From IMG/VR virus record IMGVR_UViG_3300035696_001272: 61,399 nucleotides of DNA; one strand, 5' to 3'. This DNA comes from a virus (taxonomy: Duplodnaviria; Heunggongvirae; Uroviricota; Caudoviricetes). Below are positions 26,555 to 34,469 of this stretch, in pieces. The notes under the pieces were generated by a model. It was not told the DNA's origin. It searched no databases and worked only from the letters and a program-made list of their open reading frames with translations. Every line of letters starts with the position of its first letter. The stretch's first letter is position 1. The translations under genes were made by a program, and so were the position numbers.

Positions 26555-26740
26555 ATGAAGAAAACTGAATTAATGTTAGATGTTTTGGGTTGGGTGGAAG
26601 TTTGCCACAAAAATGGCGACACTTTTGCCACATCTGATTTTGGTGTTCTTTATACGTGTGAGCGATTAGTTTTAGAGGGGTTGATTGTTGAAACATACCT
26701 TTGTAAGGGTAGCAAAAATCGTAGTTTTGACTTAAAATAA
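26555..26740 (+). CDS. small hypothetical protein
   Basis: ATG immediately after the tRNA CCA; 61 aa. Confidence 0.5.
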   Translation: MKKTELMLDVLGWVEVCHKNGDTFATSDFGVLYTCERLVLEGLIVETYLCKGSKNRSFDLK

Positions 26741-26815
26741 GCGGATATAATTCAGTGGTAGAATGTCTGCTTGCCAAGCAGAATGTCGTGGGTTCGAGCC
26801 CCACTATCCGCTCCA
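26741..26815 (+). tRNA. tRNA-Gly(GCC)
   Basis: Canonical, loop TT-GCC-AA, U73. Confidence 0.96.
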
Positions 26816-26943
26816 GGACGAATGCAGATAGGATTACATGGTTAACGCGATTCTCGCAAGGGAATTATAGTTGGTTCAATCCCAACCTTCAGGTCGCAAG
26901 ATTTGATGTGGCGAATAAAAGATCTTATCGACTCTTGTCGTCT
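26816..26943 (+). ncRNA. Y-RNA (YrlA)-like tRNA mimic candidate
   Basis: 5'/3' ends pair (GGACGA/TCGTCT; GATAGGAT/ATCTTATC); GACGAATG fits GNCGAAN-G; internal T arm GTTGG-TTCAATC-CCAAC and GCAA-capped hairpins. Confidence 0.55.
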
Positions 26944-26947
26944 ATTT

Positions 26948-27023
26948 GCTGCCATAGTTCAATGGACTAGAACTTCTGTTTGCCGAACAGAGAATGTGGG
27001 TTCGATTCCCACTGGCCGCTCCA
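26948..27023 (+). tRNA. tRNA-Gly(GCC), atypical second copy
   Basis: Loop TT-GCC-GA, T3:C70 mismatch, U73, CCA. Confidence 0.85.
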
Positions 27024-27047
27024 GGTAAGTACGAAGCAGTTAAAAAT

Positions 27048-27125
27048 GCGGGTGTGGCTCAGTGGCGACGGCATCTGCCTTCCAAGCAGACATCATCATG
27101 GGTTCGAGTCCCATCACCCGCTCCA
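27048..27125 (+). tRNA. tRNA-Gly(TCC), second copy
   Basis: GCGGGTG/CACCCGC, loop CT-TCC-AA, irregular D arm. Confidence 0.88.
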
Positions 27126-27131
27126 TAATTC

Positions 27132-27434
27132 ATGATTAAAAACTGTAAGCTTTGTGAGAAAGAAATCCCTGTTCCCAAATATGGTGTAACATATTGGTGC
27201 TCTCACTGTCAGCAATATCAAGTCATTTGGCATGACAATGGGTACATAGAGTCTGAAGTATTAACGTCAGGTAATTACCATCTCATTTTCTTTCCATCCT
27301 ATCAAGAAGCTAATGTAGTAGAGAAAAATGATAATAGTAAAAAGATTATCAACACATTTGCTCTAAATGAATTAACCCACGAACTTGCGGTTCAGTGGGT
27401 TAATAAGCTTAAGACCTATGTTTTGTTTCAATAA
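27132..27434 (+). CDS. hypothetical protein with zinc ribbon
   Basis: CKLC...CSHC. Confidence 0.7.
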   Translation: MIKNCKLCEKEIPVPKYGVTYWCSHCQQYQVIWHDNGYIESEVLTSGNYHLIFFPSYQEANVVEKNDNSKKIINTFALNELTHELAVQWVNKLKTYVLFQ

Positions 27435-28160
27435 TTAACGACGATAGAATTCGCCTTTAACGTATTCTTTACGCCACTCAGGCATCTTTTCACCGAAGAC
27501 ATGTTGAGCTGTAACTTGACCTTCATTACTCAAGCTAGCAACGATCATGTAACCACCAGCGTCCATTGTGAATGGAGCGGTTAACTTGCCAAGATAATCG
27601 AATGGCTTGTTTTGTGGGACCTTGGCTTGTGGGTTGAACCAAGATGGAAAGACGAAGTTGCTAACAGCAACGAGAGTTGAACCGACTGTAATACCATAGG
27701 AATCGTTTTCTACAGGGTCACATAGCTCTTGGCAATATAGATTTCCTTGGGAAATTTGTGGGCCTTGGGAAAATCCACCAGCGAATCTGTCACCAATCAT
27801 TTCACAAACTTCGTGGCTTAGGGTTGCAGAAACAGTATACTGACCTGGGTTGGCCGGATTGAATACCATTGGAACACCACCATTGCTCAACACTGGTTCA
27901 GCAAAGATGAAAGCATCAACTTCATCATTGTCTTCTGAGTGATAACCTAAAGCTCCTGCTTGAGTTGAATTATCTAACATGCTTACGACCCAAGCATAAC
28001 CTGGAACCTTAGTGGCATCAGCATAGAACGTAATGGTAGCAGCTTTCATATTCCAAGCTGGCAACACATGCAGATTTAATTGGATTTGAATGGCTTGACA
28101 CATAGTATTAACTTGATCGTTAGTTACTAATTTAGATTGGTTAATTACTGCAATCAGCAT
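27435..28160 (-). CDS. putative zincin-like metalloprotein
   Basis: AGGAGG SD; ALGYH and SHEVCEMIGD (HExxE). Confidence 0.7.
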   Translation of the reverse strand: MLIAVINQSKLVTNDQVNTMCQAIQIQLNLHVLPAWNMKAATITFYADATKVPGYAWVVSMLDNSTQAGALGYHSEDNDEVDAFIFAEPVLSNGGVPMVFNPANPGQYTVSATLSHEVCEMIGDRFAGGFSQGPQISQGNLYCQELCDPVENDSYGITVGSTLVAVSNFVFPSWFNPQAKVPQNKPFDYLGKLTAPFTMDAGGYMIVASLSNEGQVTAQHVFGEKMPEWRKEYVKGEFYRR

Positions 28161-28290
28161 ATTTCCTCCTAGTTGAATCTTTCCACCTATATGGTGGATT
28201 ATTACTCAAAAATCAAAAATTAGGAAGCTGAACAGAAAAGTTATATGATTGAGAGATTTACGTCACCAATTTGTAAAAATAGGTGGCCCC

Positions 28291-28318
28291 TTGACTTGCT
28301 TTTTACAAGATTTATTTT
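28291..28318 (+). promoter_or_regulatory. sigma70-like promoter for tsf
   Basis: TTGACT-N16-TATTTT. Confidence 0.55.
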
Positions 28319-28338
28319 ATACATGAAGGGAAACTATT

Positions 28339-29298
28339 ATGAGCAACACTGACCTAATTAAAGAGCTGAGAGCACTAACCCAAGCGGGCATGAAGGACTG
28401 TAAGGATGCCCTTGAAGAAGCTAATTGGGATTTGCAGAAAGCTGTTGATATTGTTAAGGTCAAAGGTCTCAATATCGTTTCCGGTCGTGAAGGCAGAGTA
28501 GCTGCTGAAGGATTGGTGGACATTGCTCGTAATGGCGACACTTTGGCTGTCATGATTGAAGTCAATTGTCAAACCGATTTCGTGGCAAATAGCGAAGAAT
28601 TTGTTACTTTCGTCCATAACACCAAACACAAATTATATGAAGACACCGTTGCTGGTTTGCCATTCAGTGTTGATGAAGTAGAGGCTGAGCGCAAAGCTGT
28701 TGTATCTTCTACTAGAGAAAATATCGTAGTGCGTCGATGGTGGGCTGAACAATCGCAGCATCCATCCGTAAAGGTTTTTTGTTATCATCACTCTAATTCC
28801 AAGATTGGTGTTCTTGTTACCATGCGTGCACCTTCTGCACAAGCTGCTAACAATCCAGATTTCAAAGCTTTAGGCGAGGATTTGGCGATGCAAATTTGCG
28901 CCATGAATCCTTTGGCCGTCTCTCCAGATCGCATTGCTCCCGAAGAAATTGCGCGTCAGAAATCCATTTTCGAAACGCAACTCAAGGAAATGAATAAGCC
29001 AGAAGCGCAATGGGCCAGAATTCTGGAAGGCAAGTTCCGTAAGTGGAACACAGAAGTTTGTTTGCTAGAACAAGAGTCAGTGGTTATTCCAAAGACAACT
29101 GTTGGGCAAGTAATTAAAAATGTCGGAGCCAAACTAGGTGGAGAAGTTCACGTCGTGAATTTCGTTCGCTGTCAAGTTGGTGAAGGCATTGAAAAGAAAC
29201 AAGACAACCTCGCTGAGGAAGTCGCTAAGATGACTCGTGCAGAAACTCCTGAAGATGCATTTGTCAGACACTTAGTAGATAAAATGAAGGACGCATAA
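28339..29298 (+). CDS. tsf: elongation factor Ts
   Basis: IKELRALTQAGMKDCKDAL, EVNCQTDFVA, LLEQ, FVRCQVGEGIEK. Confidence 0.95.
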   Translation: MSNTDLIKELRALTQAGMKDCKDALEEANWDLQKAVDIVKVKGLNIVSGREGRVAAEGLVDIARNGDTLAVMIEVNCQTDFVANSEEFVTFVHNTKHKLYEDTVAGLPFSVDEVEAERKAVVSSTRENIVVRRWWAEQSQHPSVKVFCYHHSNSKIGVLVTMRAPSAQAANNPDFKALGEDLAMQICAMNPLAVSPDRIAPEEIARQKSIFETQLKEMNKPEAQWARILEGKFRKWNTEVCLLEQESVVIPKTTVGQVIKNVGAKLGGEVHVVNFVRCQVGEGIEKKQDNLAEEVAKMTRAETPEDAFVRHLVDKMKDA

Positions 29299-29594
29299 TG
29301 AATAACGTACAAGAATTAATTGACAAGTTGACCAACGCCATCTCTTTCAAATTCAAGGAAGACGCAACCTCTCCTAACCTAACCATCTCCAAGCTTCGCC
29401 ATGGCTACTATTGTTCAGTAGTTCGCTATGCCAAGGGCACGCCAGCTCCGAAGAACAAGGTCGTGGTTTGCAAGGCCGAATCTGATACTTTGGAAGGTGC
29501 AGTCAAAGGAGTCGTTGGTGAGTTCCTAAAGGTTGCCAAGCCACAACCAGATCCTTTGCAAGAGCTAGATAGCATTGCTAAGGCCATTAAATAA
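29298..29594 (+). CDS. hypothetical protein
   Basis: TAATG coupling, 98 aa. Confidence 0.75.
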   Translation: MNNVQELIDKLTNAISFKFKEDATSPNLTISKLRHGYYCSVVRYAKGTPAPKNKVVVCKAESDTLEGAVKGVVGEFLKVAKPQPDPLQELDSIAKAIK

Positions 29595-29622
29595 ACAAAC
29601 CAACCAAGAGTTTGGGAGAAAA

Positions 29623-29988
29623 ATGGATCGTAACTTGCTGTTAAAAGAAATGCGAGAAAGCATTGGTACTCAAGATCCTATTAAGTTTTTTGAGAAGATG
29701 GTAGATGTTTTCGCTCTTCTTTTTGATCATATCGAGGAATTAGAAGTGGATGTCAAAAAGGCAAACCTGAAAGCCGCATTGGCTATTCAGTGGGAACCAA
29801 AGATGGCATCCACCATGCTCTCCAAAATGATTGAAGAGTTGCGTGAGGATAAGGCGGATTACTACGAAGAAATCTCTCAGTTGAAAAAAGCTTTCATGGA
29901 AGATAAAGTAACGCAAAACTATAATGACTTCTGCCAATTCTGGCAAGAAGTTTTAGGTTGGCATCCCTTTTTGGATTATGACAAATGA
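29623..29988 (+). CDS. hypothetical protein
   Basis: GGGAG SD, ATG 29623. Confidence 0.7.
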   Translation: MDRNLLLKEMRESIGTQDPIKFFEKMVDVFALLFDHIEELEVDVKKANLKAALAIQWEPKMASTMLSKMIEELREDKADYYEEISQLKKAFMEDKVTQNYNDFCQFWQEVLGWHPFLDYDK

Positions 29989-30257
29989 TTAGCCCTATCG
30001 ACGCCCTTAGAAGAGCACTGTTCTATGTATCTGGTGTTTGTTCTAGTATAACCTTAAACAAACCGGGCGCAGTCATTGAGCGATTAAGTTCAGAGACGCG
30101 CGAGTCCCTCAAACAATTAAAGTCATCTGATATCGACGGTGGTTCCACTGCCGAAAGAATGGATGAACTTAAATATTATGTTGGTTCAGATGAATACTAT
30201 CAAAATAAAGAGTTCGAAAAAGACAAACTTGAATTCGACAAAAAAATTCTCAAGTGA
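29985..30257 (+). CDS. hypothetical protein
   Basis: ATGA coupling, 90 aa. Confidence 0.6.
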   Translation: MISPIDALRRALFYVSGVCSSITLNKPGAVIERLSSETRESLKQLKSSDIDGGSTAERMDELKYYVGSDEYYQNKEFEKDKLEFDKKILK

Positions 30258-30324
30258 GAAAAAGAAACTCACTGTAAGAATTTCTAAGAAGGATTTGTTA
30301 AAACTTCTTTCTGAAAATGAAGCT

Positions 30325-30585
30325 ATGAGTAAGCAAATCACCGAATTGCAAACTCGTATGAATGAGATGCTGGAAGAAATCAGAAATCTAAAAAGAGCCT
30401 CTCCAGAATTAGAATATGAAGAGTTGGAGAATGTGAAACTTTCCGAAATGGCTGAAAAGATTCGTGAAACGTTCACAAATAATAACCCACCTTTAGACCC
30501 ATATCATCACTCTCGATCCGATATTTTCTTTGATGGTGCAGGGGCCGCTCTTGCAAGAGGGCCAAGGTTTGGATCAGATGAGTAA
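30325..30585 (+). CDS. coiled-coil hypothetical protein (start uncertain)
   Basis: First non-overlapping ATG is 30325; the open frame extends upstream to 30139. Confidence 0.5.
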   Translation: MSKQITELQTRMNEMLEEIRNLKRASPELEYEELENVKLSEMAEKIRETFTNNNPPLDPYHHSRSDIFFDGAGAALARGPRFGSDE

Positions 30586-31084
30586 GGAAGAAAATTTCCC
30601 AAACGCAAATCCTCACTGTAACGACTATGACAGTGAAGGTAGATGCAATAATTGTGGCCAGTTCGATTGCTATGAATGTGATTGGGGGGTGCCATTCAAA
30701 GGGTGTAATTGTAGAAGATGTATAAGTGCACGAGAGGACATTCTTGAAGAGCTGTATCGTGCAGAGCAGCAAAAAGCTGCTGATCTGAGAAAAGAAAAAG
30801 CAAAGCAAACCGCTAAATTAAAGAAGGAAGAGCTGAAGAAGGGCATAGACGGAGATTTAGAGTCGATGACTTCTAAACAACTAAAGGAAGAAGTCAAAAA
30901 ACTTCGTGCCGGTATTCGTGCCCATCGAGACTCTTCAGGACATGACCTTTGCTGGTATCATCCTGAATTGTGGAATTTGTTGCCGGATAAAGTTGACCCG
31001 AAGCCAGCCATCCCTCCAACCGATGAATTTTTACATCATTGTAAATTGTACTGCGAATCTTTAAATAAAAAGCATAGCACTTGA
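30578..31084 (+). CDS. hypothetical protein, Cys-rich N-terminus
   Basis: ATG 30578 overlaps the upstream stop; HDLCWYHPELW. Confidence 0.7.
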   Translation: MSKEENFPNANPHCNDYDSEGRCNNCGQFDCYECDWGVPFKGCNCRRCISAREDILEELYRAEQQKAADLRKEKAKQTAKLKKEELKKGIDGDLESMTSKQLKEEVKKLRAGIRAHRDSSGHDLCWYHPELWNLLPDKVDPKPAIPPTDEFLHHCKLYCESLNKKHST

Positions 31085-31105
31085 GTGGTATATACTTGAT
31101 ATCAC

Positions 31106-31181
31106 TCAGGGTTCGACTAATGGTAGGTCGCCAGTTTCCGAAGCTGTTGAAATGAGGGTTCGAACCCCTCCCCCTGAACCA
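31106..31181 (+). tRNA. tRNA-Arg(CCG)
   Basis: Loop TT-CCG-AA, T arm GAGGG-TTCGAAC-CCCTC, CCA; two stem mismatches. Confidence 0.82.
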
Positions 31182-31199
31182 CAAGAAGCTAAAATCAAA

Positions 31200-31607
31200 A
31201 TGAAGTCCATTGGTAAGCTGGTGTATTCACCACGCACACATCTCTCGTCAAGCGATAGATGGTTAGTGTTGATGTGTGACGATGAAATCTCCAAGTATTA
31301 CAGGCACTTATATACTTTACAATATCCTTACCTGAATGGTGAGAAAACGGGGAAACTAACTCGTCCTGTATGGGGTACGCACATCTCCATCATTCGAGGT
31401 GAGTTCATTCCCAATTTCAAACTATGGCGCCTTGATGAAAACAAATTAATTGAATTCGAATATCAAGCAGGCGTTATAGACAACGGTGAATACTTTTGGT
31501 TGAAAGCCAGTTGCCCATATCTTTTGAATTTGAGAGAGAAGTATGGATTGCCACGCGAACCTAGATTTGGCTTGCACCTCACAATTGGGAGAACTACAGA
31601 AACATGA
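31200..31607 (+). CDS. putative 2H phosphoesterase
   Basis: Two Hx(S/T) motifs, THISI and LHLTI, about 60 aa apart. Confidence 0.65.
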   Translation: MKSIGKLVYSPRTHLSSSDRWLVLMCDDEISKYYRHLYTLQYPYLNGEKTGKLTRPVWGTHISIIRGEFIPNFKLWRLDENKLIEFEYQAGVIDNGEYFWLKASCPYLLNLREKYGLPREPRFGLHLTIGRTTET

Positions 31608-31681
31608 ATAGAAACGCTCAATACGTGGCAATCTTTATACTTATTGCTATAATAGTTTACCTGTTTATTAGGAATGTTTAA
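31604..31681 (+). CDS. 25-aa single-TM peptide (not in ORF track)
   Basis: MNRNAQYVAIFILIAIIVYLFIRNV; coupled by ATGA upstream and TAATG downstream. Confidence 0.5.
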   Translation: MNRNAQYVAIFILIAIIVYLFIRNV

Positions 31682-32361
31682 TGTTAGAGCACAATGAATT
31701 TTATTTGTATCTTATTCGTCACGGTCAAACAGAAATTAATGTATTACCAGATATGGTGGGGCAGCATGGCGAGTCCCGCTTGACCGAAAAAGGAAAACAA
31801 CAGGCCAAGATTTTGGGAGAAAGACTTGCGAAAGAAGATTTAGATCTGGATGTTATTTATTCTTCTGACTACATTAGGGCTTTAGACACAGCTAATATTG
31901 CTTTATCTCAGGTACCAGAAAATAAGAGAGTTGAACTTGTAACCACTGAAGCGCTGAGAGAATACAGCGCTGGTGATTGGACACACTCTTCTCGTAAAGA
32001 ATCTTATACTATGCCCGTTCTTCTACGTATGGCTGCTATGACCAATGCCTTCTTGCCACCCAATGGTGAATCGATGCACATGGTAGAGCGTCGTGCTTCT
32101 CAATGGTTAGAAGATAATGTTCTCTACAATAAACAAATGATTGATGAAGCTACTAACAGAATAGCTACTGGAGCTAAACCAATCAATGTTGTCGTGTTCT
32201 CTCATGGTATGACTATTAAATGCTTACTTCATTACATTATGGGATTCGATCAAAGCTTTACTTGGAAGTTGACATTAGAAAATACTTCTATCAGTAAACT
32301 ACACTTTGGATTACAGGGGTGGCGCTTACTTACTATTAATGATCACGCACATCTACTATAA
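31681..32361 (+). CDS. histidine phosphatase (phosphoglycerate mutase family)
   Basis: LIRHGQT, YSSDYIRA.DTA, LREY, VFSHG. Confidence 0.92.
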   Translation: MLEHNEFYLYLIRHGQTEINVLPDMVGQHGESRLTEKGKQQAKILGERLAKEDLDLDVIYSSDYIRALDTANIALSQVPENKRVELVTTEALREYSAGDWTHSSRKESYTMPVLLRMAAMTNAFLPPNGESMHMVERRASQWLEDNVLYNKQMIDEATNRIATGAKPINVVVFSHGMTIKCLLHYIMGFDQSFTWKLTLENTSISKLHFGLQGWRLLTINDHAHLL

Positions 32362-32372
32362 ACCGAGGAAAT

Positions 32373-32891
32373 ATGGGAGCGCAAGAACGAAAACGACAAA
32401 GGCGCATCAGGGACTACGTCATCAACCGTGACGGTTTGCTTTGCTGCTACTGTGATAAAGTATTAACAATCGAGACGGTTACCATGGAACATATTGTTCC
32501 AGATAGCAAAAGAGGAACCTTCAATACTACGAACTTAACTGTTTCATGTTCAGAGTGCAATAACAAAAGAGGAAATAAACCCTTTTTTGAATACTGCAAA
32601 CAATTTAATTGGTCAGAAGAAAAGGTAAACAAGTATAAGCAACTTTACTTTAGCAATCTAAGAATCAAGGTTCTTAACATTGCCAAAGAAGAATGTATGA
32701 AAGATGATCAAGTGGTCCCAACTACGCTCATCAAACATGCTTGTCAAATTCTAAAAATTAAGGGAATGGATTTCTCTGACTATGAGAAGGTGTATCAATT
32801 CGAAATTAAGTTCGACGAATTGTGTGACCGAAAAAAGATCAAATACTGCTTCGAGCAGTTAATTAGAATTATTGAAGCGGACAGCGTGTGA
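32373..32891 (+). CDS. HNH endonuclease domain protein
   Basis: CCYC...TMEHIVP...NLTVSCSECNNKRG. Confidence 0.85.
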   Translation: MGAQERKRQRRIRDYVINRDGLLCCYCDKVLTIETVTMEHIVPDSKRGTFNTTNLTVSCSECNNKRGNKPFFEYCKQFNWSEEKVNKYKQLYFSNLRIKVLNIAKEECMKDDQVVPTTLIKHACQILKIKGMDFSDYEKVYQFEIKFDELCDRKKIKYCFEQLIRIIEADSV

Positions 32892-32916
32892 TATATTCTC
32901 TCTCAAGGAGAATGTC

Positions 32917-33207
32917 ATGAGTTTGAAACCTTTGAGAGATTTTATCGTAGTATCCGTTGTCAAGGCTGATGAGAAGACCGAAAGTGGTCTATTGTACAAG
33001 CCTGGTATCGTTGATGAGAAGATTGTTACCGGAAGAGTTTTGGCTGTAGGTACTGGTTACTTAACCGACAATGGTTCTGTTGCACCACTAGAAGTCAAGC
33101 AAGGTGACTCTGTACTCTTCAACAAGCAGATGTCTGTTGAAGTTAAGCACAGTGGCGAGACAGTGTATCTTCTACGTGAAGAGCATGTTCTTAGCGTCAT
33201 CAGCTAA
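32917..33207 (+). CDS. groES: co-chaperonin GroES
   Basis: AAGGAG SD; LKPLRDFIVV, SGLL, GRVLAVGTG, VKQGDSVLF. Confidence 0.93.
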   Translation: MSLKPLRDFIVVSVVKADEKTESGLLYKPGIVDEKIVTGRVLAVGTGYLTDNGSVAPLEVKQGDSVLFNKQMSVEVKHSGETVYLLREEHVLSVIS

Positions 33208-33233
33208 CCTTTATCGAAACAAAATCATTTTAC

Positions 33234-33263
33234 AAAGCCGTCCTATCGGGCGGCTTTATTTTT
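33234..33263 (+). terminator. intrinsic terminator
   Basis: AAAGCCGTCC/GGGCGGCTTT hairpin then ATTTTT. Confidence 0.7.
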
Positions 33264-33266
33264 ATC

Positions 33267-33845
33267 ATGGAAAACAAACGTAAATATGTAAAGTGCATGC
33301 TATGTGCACACTGGTCAGAAGACACTCGACATGAACGACTCTGCGAGTATTGTAATAACACACAATTGGCACCCGATCCCGCAGAGATTTTTTGTAATAT
33401 GTGTGGTGGAACCATGTGCCCTATTGGCTCCATGAATGGGCAGATACCACACGGGCTTTACAATGCCAAAGTATCAGGTGGCTATGATTCGTATCATCTA
33501 TTGGATATGAACACGTATGTTTTCAGTTTTTGCGAGGAATGTCTAAGAAAATTGTTCATGCAGTGCAAAATTCCGCCTCTTGTCAATAATAATCCTGAAG
33601 AGTTTGCACATGACCAGACTCAGTATGAATATCGTGAATGGCAACGTACTGGCGGTTATCATCAAGCTTATTTGGATCGCAAGTGCAATTTTGTCAAAGA
33701 CTGCCCCAATAGAGCCGAATATACTCAGTTAATCAGTGACTCTTTTACTGAAAATTGTTGCTGCGAAGAACATAAACAGCTATGGGGCTATGGTAATAGC
33801 CGATTAACCAAATTCATCCCTAACGTATTGAAACCGTTCCTATGA
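33267..33845 (+). CDS. Cys-rich hypothetical protein
   Basis: Multiple CxxC pairs. Confidence 0.75.
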   Translation: MENKRKYVKCMLCAHWSEDTRHERLCEYCNNTQLAPDPAEIFCNMCGGTMCPIGSMNGQIPHGLYNAKVSGGYDSYHLLDMNTYVFSFCEECLRKLFMQCKIPPLVNNNPEEFAHDQTQYEYREWQRTGGYHQAYLDRKCNFVKDCPNRAEYTQLISDSFTENCCCEEHKQLWGYGNSRLTKFIPNVLKPFL

Positions 33846-34459
33846 AATCTTATCCATCCATAACTAAAGAAATTAGGCAAGACGTTTATATTTATGCCTT
33901 TGACAAGTTAGATGGGTCAAATATTCGTGCCGAATGGAATACTAAAAAGGGATTCTACAAATTTGGAACTCGTAATCAATTGACAGATGAGAAGACCATG
34001 CCTTTTGGGCGAGCTATTCCATTGATTAGAGAAAAATACGAAGAGGACTTGACTGCTATTTTTAAGGAACAAGATTGGAGAGACGCGCTGTGTTTCTTTG
34101 AATTTTGGGGGCCAGATTCTTTTGCGGGCAATCATAATTTCGAAAAAAAGATGGATATCACTTTGATCGACGTGAATCCCTATAAAGAGGGTATATTAGT
34201 TCCTACACAGTTCATTAAAATTTTTGGTCATTTAGATATTCCGAAAGTATGTTACGAAGGCCGCGTTACCACGGAACTGTTCGATAAAGTGAAACAGTCC
34301 ACGCTTGAAGGAATGACATTTGAAGGTGTGGTTTGTAAAGGCGCAAACGATAAATTAACAAAGATGCCCATCATGTTCAAGATCAAATCGAAAGCTTGGT
34401 TAGATAAGCTTAGAGAGTATTGCAAGGGCGACGAAAGACTATTTGAAAAATTATCATAA
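33842..34459 (+). CDS. Rnl2-like RNA ligase / nucleotidyltransferase (paralog)
   Basis: DKLDGSNIR, EFWG, EGVVCK, FKIK. Confidence 0.75.
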   Translation: MKSYPSITKEIRQDVYIYAFDKLDGSNIRAEWNTKKGFYKFGTRNQLTDEKTMPFGRAIPLIREKYEEDLTAIFKEQDWRDALCFFEFWGPDSFAGNHNFEKKMDITLIDVNPYKEGILVPTQFIKIFGHLDIPKVCYEGRVTTELFDKVKQSTLEGMTFEGVVCKGANDKLTKMPIMFKIKSKAWLDKLREYCKGDERLFEKLS

Positions 34460-34469
34460 GGAACGAAAT

